64,000 bases of DNA from a virus. Under the pieces are notes generated by a model that did no database searches, was not told the origin of the DNA, and saw nothing but the letters and a program-made list of their open reading frames with translations. The stretch spans positions 57,957 through 121,956 of the IMG/VR virus record IMGVR_UViG_3300042448_000646; one strand, 5' to 3'. Shown piece by piece: positions 57,101 to 64,000 of the stretch (its first letter is position 1; each line of letters starts with the position of its first letter). The translations under genes were made by a program, and so were the position numbers.

Positions 57101-58520
57101 ATATCCAGCCGTAGGATTTAAAAATAGTACTACAGCTTGGTTATGGTATGGGCAAAATTCAACATTTAAAATGTGGAATGTAACAGCTGGAGATATATTA
57201 ACTGCAAATACAAGTGGTAATATTGGAATTGGAACTACATCCCCGTCTACTAAACTTGATGTAAATGGTGTTATATCTGCAACGGGGGGCAATAGCACTA
57301 ATTGGAACACAGCCTACGGATGGGGTAACCATGCTTCTGCAGATTATATAGTAAAAGGTACGCAAATTTTAAGTTCAGCTAGTTGGCCTACGGCTACTAG
57401 ATTTGGATCAGTAGGGTCCATTAGTCAAGATGCTGGAAACCATGCTTTATCTGTTAGGTCTGAACTTGGCAATGATGCTTTCATGTCATTTCATATTGGG
57501 AGTGATTATGCTGTTCATTTTGGTTTAGATGGAGTTAGCAATAGAATGTCTGTTGGAGGATGGTCTGATGGAGCTGTTAAATACCAACTTTGGGATACTA
57601 GAGATTTTACTTCAACTAACGTAAGTAACTGGAACACCGCTTATTCATGGGGCAACCATGCTTCTGCTAGTTATGCTACTACATCTTATGTAACAACCCA
57701 AATCAACAACCTAATTAATGGAGCTCCAGGTGTATTAGATACACTTGATGAATTGGCTGCTGCTTTAGGAGATGATTCAAACTTTGCAACTACAGTAACT
57801 AATAGTATTGCAGGTAAGGTTTCTAAGGCTGGTGATACCATGACTGGCAACATCAACTGGGATACTCAAAATACAGGTTTAACCTGGAATATGAATACTG
57901 ATGGAGCCTACATTAAGTTTTTTAATACAGGAGACGGAGACACAAATTCTAGGTTAGAATATTCTACATCTGACAATGGTGATGAATTTCATCGTTGGGT
58001 TATTGCAGGTGTTGAAAAGATGAACCTTAAGTGGGGAGGTCTTACAGTAACCGATACTATTTATGCCTCAGGGGGCAACTCAGGTAACTGGAACACAGCC
58101 TATGGGTGGGGAAATCATGCTTCCGCAGGATATGCTCTTAACTCTAGTTTAGCAAATTACTTACCTTTAAGCGGTGGAGTAATAGGTGGAGGAGTTACCA
58201 TAAACGGAAACTTAACTGTTAACGGAACAATTACAGAAAACTCCTCTATTAAATTAAAAGAAAACATAGAAACAAGTGAGGGAAATTTAGAAAAGGTAGT
58301 AAATTTGAGACCAGTCACTTACAATAAGATTGGGTCTCAGACTACAGAACTAGGTCTTATTGCAGAAGAAGTTGCTGAGGTGTACCCAGAATTTGTACAA
58401 TATGATGAGAACGGAGAACCTATAGGGGTTCACTACTCTCGCTTAACTGCTGCTCTTATAGGTGCAGTAAAAGAATTAACTAATCAAGTCCAAGAATTAA
58501 ACAAAAAGATAAATGGCTAA
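54129..58520 (+). CDS. Long tail fibre with C-terminal peptidase S74 intramolecular chaperone
   Basis: APGTLDTL-ELA-ALG motifs, GNVGIGT repeats; SSIKLKENI...LRPVTY...GLIAEEV...YSRLTAALIGAVKEL. Confidence 0.85.
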   Translation: MASEFKIKNGLIVVGDVSTSGTITINGALAATQSWVTSQAYLTSSSLTSYATQSYVTSAIASLVDSAPGTLDTLRELATALGNDASFSTTITNSISSKQSQLNGTGLVRMSGTSVSYDNTTYLISNFGNIEGDHTYGYPSSNGWYKIAEVVFNGACQSYNLWGEYRDTGYFDNSHYRIHITARAECDFPTNNESHAINVNIYGSSTNETYFSNNVRVVLTSSSSNYRKYELQYYRETWDTGSWNLQNIGWTTYTTSQTAGTPTGTARVYYISKFSTDNIFVANKISIGTTYAGFAANIAGTTYIIGGDLFLSDGYTVRNASNNSSIAFNTSALSFTGAATFSSTISSGGNINVGGQLTFTPNEARIISGSSTFAINNNANNTNLLLINNSTGNVGIGTSSPGYKLDVQGSAGNITINTNGLLSAGGQIISGTGEFASSSSGTDLNFRAGATHLMVLKTSGNVGIGTTTPQKKLDVFGSAGIVASFGASISPGEFAGLHFGYSESYINNDSYKKSALVFERTDNNNQGGNASGKIHFLLNNYGSSSATSLTQSVVTIDSDASATVGSVRMGIGTRNPIFNLQVGENAGTIATTTIRLQNSYLDNGNYGFNIDAVDNGVNGHDLRFFGRTSPTSSFSELVRIKNSGNVGIGTNSPTEKIDVDGNIRIRGNRGVYFDTTGAVASNYITVTNDYWTTIHCARGNTSTINLTNGNGITFFESSIERMRIAAGGNVGIGTTSPANKLVVTSDASPTNENTYAIAAASASDPAYKTIIGYDYTNDIGLIAAVRTGIGWRNLSIPQGSLGIGTYSPSYKLDVNGETRLGKLITTWSNSPISPSAVMYSESGYNTVFAGNGQFSTSYLALMTTGNMSYMGGNIGIGTVTPATSLEVQGAASTQIQAIFQSASSGNAAYNGGIQLGNAASNQKSTIVHDSSGDNTLTFTSHYSSGSANKFIFAPGGTERVRFQQNGNVGIGTTDPTSQMSGTFGIGIYNASYPAVGFKNSTTAWLWYGQNSTFKMWNVTAGDILTANTSGNIGIGTTSPSTKLDVNGVISATGGNSTNWNTAYGWGNHASADYIVKGTQILSSASWPTATRFGSVGSISQDAGNHALSVRSELGNDAFMSFHIGSDYAVHFGLDGVSNRMSVGGWSDGAVKYQLWDTRDFTSTNVSNWNTAYSWGNHASASYATTSYVTTQINNLINGAPGVLDTLDELAAALGDDSNFATTVTNSIAGKVSKAGDTMTGNINWDTQNTGLTWNMNTDGAYIKFFNTGDGDTNSRLEYSTSDNGDEFHRWVIAGVEKMNLKWGGLTVTDTIYASGGNSGNWNTAYGWGNHASAGYALNSSLANYLPLSGGVIGGGVTINGNLTVNGTITENSSIKLKENIETSEGNLEKVVNLRPVTYNKIGSQTTELGLIAEEVAEVYPEFVQYDENGEPIGVHYSRLTAALIGAVKELTNQVQELNKKING

Positions 58521-61500
58521 TTTATTATCCAATACCACAATAGGCGGTTACCAGTCTATACACACAGGTAACATCGGGAGTTATGCATTGTCCTCTTCTG
58601 GGGGTACATTAAGCGGAACAATTACTATAGGAACAACAGGCTCTACCTCTCAAACTAGGGCTTTAAGGATAGTACCTACTGGAAGTAATCCAAATTCTTT
58701 TGGATCTTATGCTGGGTCTTGGAGATCCGCTATAGAGATATGGGATAATGGTAGTGCTACAATGTTATTCTTAGCTCCTCCCGATGCAAATACTTATAAT
58801 TATTCCATAATTAAATCAGTAGGAGCTGGATTAGTAATAGATGTAGGAAGTAGTGGAGCTACAAATGCTATAACTATTAGCACTGCAGGTGTAGTTAATG
58901 CACCTCAAGGATTACAAGTAGGAGGAAATTCTGTAGTTTCAACTGCTGGTGGACAAACAATAGCGGGTACTACCTACTTTTCAGGAGGAGAATCTTTAAA
59001 TGTTTACGGTATTCGTGGACGTTTTACAAATGAGTATATGCACCTTTATTATAAGGTGGGTATTGGGCATCCTGGTGGTTGGGGACAAGGAGAGGGTAAT
59101 ACTCCTGGTCATGGACTTTCTACTTATGGAGGTGCTAATTTTGCTTATGGTAATAATGCAGATTCTACTTTTAATGGTATTGTCTACTCTACTGCTAGTT
59201 TTAGAGCACCTATTTATTACGACTCTGCTAATACAAACTACTATGGTGATTTTGCAGGAACAAGTAATTTAAACGTCCTTTATACAAACTACCTATACAT
59301 TGATGGCACTCAATTAACTGGGACTCAGACCCAACTATTAAAAAATACTTTAGATGTAACAACTCTTCCTTACAAGGTTGACATTACAGTAAATGGAGAT
59401 GCAAATACTTTCTACGCTGTACAATTCTGGGGAGGAGATCAAGATGTTTGGAGACGTATTATTATCAAACGTGGATACGGTGAAACAGCTCCTTGGGATC
59501 CAATTGGAACAGGTGTGCACCACGGAGGTCTTCTCTTAGATTGGGAAGGTAACTTTGGTGGTTGGGGAGGAGCAGAATATGCTGACCGTATTAGGGTATT
59601 TAATGAATCTTATACCAATGTGTGTGCTGATATGTTTATATACAGTCACTCTATGGGATATGTATTTATGCTTAGAGGCGGTGGAGCAATTTATCACTTA
59701 TTCTCAGATCAAGCTATTAATGGTTTCTATCAAAGTGGTTCACCTGATATTTTATATAGTTCAAGTACATTATCTTATGATGATGCATGGTCTGGTACAA
59801 ACCAATATGATGTTTATGCACCAACACCTTTAACTCTTGGTCAAGTTAACTCATCACGTATTGATGGTCTCAGAACTAAAAAACAATCACTACTTGATGG
59901 GAGATACTTAAGACAAGGTGTAGATATTGGAAGTATTACAAATATTTCTGCTTCAAATTTTATGGCAGCCAATGCCTTTTATCTAAATGGTCAATCTTAC
60001 TATCTAAACTCATATAACGGAGGTATTTATACCAATGCTAGATTTGAATCTGCTAGTACGATTCATGCATCAGGAGGAAATTCTTCTAACTGGAATACCG
60101 CTTATGGTTGGGGTAACCACGCTAGTGTAGGTTATTTAACAGGAATAACATCAGGCCAAGTAACAAGTGCTTTGGGTTATACTCCGTATAACTCTAGTAA
60201 CCCTAGTGGCTACATAACATCATCAGGAAGTATTAGTGGTACCGCAGGATCTATATCAGGATTTAATAACCCTACTACAGCATCAACTGCTAATACAATA
60301 GTTTACAGAGATGCTAGTGGTGATGTAGCAGCAAGAGAGTTTGTTTTAACAGCAGCTACTGTTCACACGGTAACACCTTCTTCTATAGTTGGTATTTATC
60401 CAACAACAAATCAAGTAGTAAAATTTGGGGATACTGCTATAAAAACCTTCTTAGGACTTGGTTCTTTAGCTTATAGCTCAGCTACTATTCCTACAAATAA
60501 TAATCAACTTACAAATGGTGCAGGATATGTAACAAGTTCTGGTTCTGTTAACTATGCAACCACAGCAGGCTCTGCTCCTAATGGAAGTAATGTTAATAGT
60601 AATTATGATGTAGCTGTAGGTGATGGAAATGGATTAAGATTCTGGGGTGGATCTGATTCTTATAAGATTAGCATGGGAGTAGGGGCATTGTATCAATATG
60701 GACCTGTTACTGACTACTCTATAAAGGCTCAGATGAATGATTCAAGTACAGCTAGAGGATTTACTTGGGGAAGAATAAGCTATGCTCCTATTGCTGCGCT
60801 TAACTCTACTTCAGGAGATATGGAAGTAGCAGGTTATTTTAAATCTTATGGGTATCGGGGTAATGGTAACATAGGAGGTACAGGTAATGCTTCATGGCAT
60901 CCTGATGGAGCTTATATTGGAAGTACTATGTGGCAGTATGGTTCTTTGAATAAAAACAATACGGGTATCTATGGCGTAAGTGAGATGACTATGTCTAGTG
61001 GTCCTATTCTTAGTACGTATAACACTAGAAACTTAATTGTTAGGGCTTTAGATAATAATGCTGATGTTGGAATTCTAGGACAAAAATCTGGAGGAGGATT
61101 TGCTTTTCAAATTTATGGAACTGGTACAAGTTACGGTTTCTTAAATGGAACATGGGCAAGTTGGGATATTAGAAAGGCTATAAACGGTGCTATGTATATG
61201 AATGATAATGACAGTTATTATCTTCAGACAAATAGTACTTCTAACTTCTATACTCTTAACATCCAAGGTAATGCAGTAGTTCATGCAGGTAATATTGGTT
61301 CTCAGTCAGTAAGTAACTCAAATTATATAAACTCAACTAGAGATACACCAGGCAATGCATTGCAATATTGGCAAGCATCTGGTCTTGGTATTACCGAAGC
61401 TCCATCTGCAGATTGGCACAATACAATAAGAATGGGGCATGGCTCTCCTTTATCTTACTATAGTAATACATTAGCTGTTCGTATGACTGGTTCTGGTGTT

Positions 61501-64000
61501 GGAGATATCTACACTCAAACCATTGTGAATGGTACGGCACAAGGTTGGAAAAAACATTGGAATGATGGCAATGACGGAAGTGGGTCAGGACTTGATGCTG
61601 ACTTATTAGATGGTCAACAAGGTTCGTATTACCAACCTGCATCTACTGCAATAACAACTAGTAACATAGGTTCACAATCTGTAAGTTACGCTACTACATC
61701 GGGTGCGTTAACTTCAATGAACATCTCTCAATTCACTAATAACTCTGGTTATATTACAGGATATACAGAAACTGATACTCTTGCTTCTGTTACTGGACGG
61801 GGTAATACAACTTCCAATAGTGTAAGATTTGGTACTCATGTGGATTTAAGTCCTACTGCTAGTGCTTTTAGATTCTATGATGGTACTACTTTTAGAGGTG
61901 GTTTTGGTTTAGATAGTTGGGGACACTCAGGTAGTGATGCAAACTTAGTGTTATATGTTTCTGGAGATAACACGTTATTCTTTTCTACAAGTGGTACAAA
62001 AAGAGCTAGTCTTTCTAGTACTGCTTTTAATTCTTTAGTAGCACTACAACAAAGCGGAAATCAAGTACTTCATGCAGGTAACTATACGTCTTATTCACCT
62101 TCGTTAACAGGAAGTGGTGCTAGTGGAACTTGGAATATAAATGTTACTGGAAATGTAGGAAGTGCTACTACTGCTATTAATCTTAATGGACTCGGTTCAA
62201 TACAATCTACTTCAACAGGAACTTCCTATTCATATAACTACCAAGTAAGAGAAAATGCTGGGGGTGGGGGTAACACAAATGAAATTTATGCACCTCAGTT
62301 AGCATTCCATTGGTCAGGAGTTGTTGCATCTAGTATCATGATGGAATCTAGTGGTAGAATGGCTATTAGAAACAATCCAGGAGGATCTTATGAAAACTTT
62401 ATAGCAGCTGTAATTTATTCCTCTGGTTATGGAGATTCTACACAATGGAATACAGCTTATGGGTGGGGTAATCATGCAAGTGCTGGCTATCAAGCTGCTT
62501 CAACTGCAATTACCACAAGTAACATTGGGTCTCAGTCAGTAAGTTACGCAACCACTGCAGGTACAGCAAATGCAGTAGCATGGACTAACGTAAGTTCTCG
62601 TCCTACTGCTTTGTCTCAATTTACAAATGACTTAGGAAACTATGGAGGATTCTTAACTTCTATTACTGCACATACTCACGCTATATCAGATGTAACAGGA
62701 TTACAAACAGCTCTTGATAGTAAGCAGGCTTCTCTTGGATTTACCCCATACAATAGCACAAATCCTAGTGGGTATATAACTTCTAGCGGAAGTATATCAG
62801 GTAATGCTGCTACGGCAACTAGTGCAGGAACAGTAACTGGATCTTCTACCATAAACGGATATCTTACACTATCTACTAACTGGGGTGTAAGTCCTTATAC
62901 ATCAGCTCTTACTATTATTGGTACACACCCTTCAATGACCTTTAGAGGTAGTAATGGAGATACGCATTATTTAATACATATGGATAGTGCTGGAGATATA
63001 CAATATTATTTTGGACCAGGATATACAACTAATAACTGGACTCAAAGATATACTTTTACCAAGGGCGGGAACTTTAGTGTTCTTACTGGAAATATTTCAG
63101 CATCGGGTACGGTTACAGGGTCTAACTTAAGTGGAACTAACACAGGAGACCAAACAAACATTAGCGGTAACGCAGCAACAGCTACTAACGTAGCATGGAC
63201 AGGAGTAACTAGTAGACCAACAGCTTTATCTCAATTCAGTAATGATTTGGGTAACTATGGAGGATGGTTAACAACTTCAGGTAAGGCTGCGGACTCAGAA
63301 CTTATTGATGGTATTGACTCTTTTAGAATTGTATACGGAGATGGAGATAAGAGAAGTACAAACTTTTCTGACATGAATGCTTACAATCAAAGTTCTGGTT
63401 TCTTTTTCTACAACCAACCAACAGGAAATCCATTTGGTGATTGGACTAACTGGATCAATGTTATGGGTAATAGTTGGAATAATAACTATGGTTTTCAATT
63501 AGCTCATGCTTTTCACGGTGATGGTTTTGCTGTTAGAAGAGTAACCAATGGAAGTTTTGCAAGCTGGAGAACCATTATTGATTCTGGAAATATTGGTAGT
63601 CAATCAGTTAGTTATGCTTCTACATCAGGTAGCGCAGGTTCTGCAACCACTGCGGGTTCTTTGACCAGTATGAATATATCACAGTTCACAAATAACTCTG
63701 GATATATTACAGGAATTAACTCAGGTAACGTAACCACAGCATTAGGCTTTACTCCGTATAATGCTACAAACCCAAGTGGTTATATTACATCAAGTGGAAG
63801 CATATCAGGAAATGCAGCAACAGCTACCAACGTGGCTTACTCAGGATTAACTGGAACAGTTCCTACTTGGAACCAGAATACTACGGGTAGCGCTGCCACT
63901 GTAGGTGGATATGCTCCTTCTGGTAGTGTAGGTGCAAACACAGTGGTTATTAGAGATGCTAACAACTACATCTATGCTCATTACATTAACTCAAACGTAT
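58513..64000 (+). CDS. Long tail fibre protein, at least 1829 aa, 3' truncated (absent from ORF track because no stop in window)
   Basis: ATG 58513 overlaps the upstream stop (MANLLSNTTIGG...); frame open at every line sampled to the window end; repeated WNTAYGWGNHAS and LG(Y/F)TPYNxxNPSGYITSSGSISG modules. Confidence 0.8.
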   Translation, partial: MANLLSNTTIGGYQSIHTGNIGSYALSSSGGTLSGTITIGTTGSTSQTRALRIVPTGSNPNSFGSYAGSWRSAIEIWDNGSATMLFLAPPDANTYNYSIIKSVGAGLVIDVGSSGATNAITISTAGVVNAPQGLQVGGNSVVSTAGGQTIAGTTYFSGGESLNVYGIRGRFTNEYMHLYYKVGIGHPGGWGQGEGNTPGHGLSTYGGANFAYGNNADSTFNGIVYSTASFRAPIYYDSANTNYYGDFAGTSNLNVLYTNYLYIDGTQLTGTQTQLLKNTLDVTTLPYKVDITVNGDANTFYAVQFWGGDQDVWRRIIIKRGYGETAPWDPIGTGVHHGGLLLDWEGNFGGWGGAEYADRIRVFNESYTNVCADMFIYSHSMGYVFMLRGGGAIYHLFSDQAINGFYQSGSPDILYSSSTLSYDDAWSGTNQYDVYAPTPLTLGQVNSSRIDGLRTKKQSLLDGRYLRQGVDIGSITNISASNFMAANAFYLNGQSYYLNSYNGGIYTNARFESASTIHASGGNSSNWNTAYGWGNHASVGYLTGITSGQVTSALGYTPYNSSNPSGYITSSGSISGTAGSISGFNNPTTASTANTIVYRDASGDVAAREFVLTAATVHTVTPSSIVGIYPTTNQVVKFGDTAIKTFLGLGSLAYSSATIPTNNNQLTNGAGYVTSSGSVNYATTAGSAPNGSNVNSNYDVAVGDGNGLRFWGGSDSYKISMGVGALYQYGPVTDYSIKAQMNDSSTARGFTWGRISYAPIAALNSTSGDMEVAGYFKSYGYRGNGNIGGTGNASWHPDGAYIGSTMWQYGSLNKNNTGIYGVSEMTMSSGPILSTYNTRNLIVRALDNNADVGILGQKSGGGFAFQIYGTGTSYGFLNGTWASWDIRKAINGAMYMNDNDSYYLQTNSTSNFYTLNIQGNAVVHAGNIGSQSVSNSNYINSTRDTPGNALQYWQASGLGITEAPSADWHNTIRMGHGSPLSYYSNTLAVRMTGSGVGDIYTQTIVNGTAQGWKKHWNDGNDGSGSGLDADLLDGQQGSYYQPASTAITTSNIGSQSVSYATTSGALTSMNISQFTNNSGYITGYTETDTLASVTGRGNTTSNSVRFGTHVDLSPTASAFRFYDGTTFRGGFGLDSWGHSGSDANLVLYVSGDNTLFFSTSGTKRASLSSTAFNSLVALQQSGNQVLHAGNYTSYSPSLTGSGASGTWNINVTGNVGSATTAINLNGLGSIQSTSTGTSYSYNYQVRENAGGGGNTNEIYAPQLAFHWSGVVASSIMMESSGRMAIRNNPGGSYENFIAAVIYSSGYGDSTQWNTAYGWGNHASAGYQAASTAITTSNIGSQSVSYATTAGTANAVAWTNVSSRPTALSQFTNDLGNYGGFLTSITAHTHAISDVTGLQTALDSKQASLGFTPYNSTNPSGYITSSGSISGNAATATSAGTVTGSSTINGYLTLSTNWGVSPYTSALTIIGTHPSMTFRGSNGDTHYLIHMDSAGDIQYYFGPGYTTNNWTQRYTFTKGGNFSVLTGNISASGTVTGSNLSGTNTGDQTNISGNAATATNVAWTGVTSRPTALSQFSNDLGNYGGWLTTSGKAADSELIDGIDSFRIVYGDGDKRSTNFSDMNAYNQSSGFFFYNQPTGNPFGDWTNWINVMGNSWNNNYGFQLAHAFHGDGFAVRRVTNGSFASWRTIIDSGNIGSQSVSYASTSGSAGSATTAGSLTSMNISQFTNNSGYITGINSGNVTTALGFTPYNATNPSGYITSSGSISGNAATATNVAYSGLTGTVPTWNQNTTGSAATVGGYAPSGSVGANTVVIRDANNYIYAHYINSNV

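Noticed and set aside
3223-63498. Short antisense or alternate-frame ORFs in the track (e.g. 3223-3726, 20882-21253, 44665-44922, 46894-47166, 47214-47450, 50737-51087, 59000-59833)
   Set aside because: They are shadows of longer credible genes or run across array elements, with no recognisable motifs
1-64000. Stop-codon reassignment as in some crAss-like phages
   Set aside because: Multi-kb ORFs are intact in the standard code, TAG and TGA end genes at sensible positions, and no suppressor tRNA was found
51953-64000. Diversity-generating retroelement or invertible fibre cassettes
   Set aside because: No reverse transcriptase or invertase seen; repeat copies differ at synonymous sites, not specifically at adenines

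Overview
64-kb segment of a lytic crAss-like (Crassvirales-type) phage of a Bacteroidota host, standard genetic code. Left, + strand: three giant virion cargo proteins, including a single-chain virion RNA polymerase (GDYDID), then a lysis-type cassette with a secreted nuclease. Middle, - strand (18-43 kb): replication and recombination genes (PolA, primase, DnaB, UDG, SF2 helicase, PD-(D/E)xK exonuclease, NinB/NinG-like) and a hypervariable array of small genes sharing an MTNNKQQT 5' module. At 43-44 kb: two atypical tRNA-like RNAs among other structured RNAs. At 44.4-48.5 kb: a tandem array of small units, each bounded by a hairpin whose T-tract (TTWTTC-TT) is followed by a purine exactly 12 nt after the C. 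I interpret this as fused terminator-promoters driving leaderless early mRNAs and small RNAs. A G/C-run strand switch at about 48.6 kb is a probable genome end. Right, + strand: tail/fibre genes under host-type TTG-N19/20-TAnnTTTG promoters. No terminase, portal or capsid gene was recognised. Top leads are the terminator-promoter array and the terminal-only cysteines of the cargo proteins. All family assignments are from motif recognition by eye; no database search was run.
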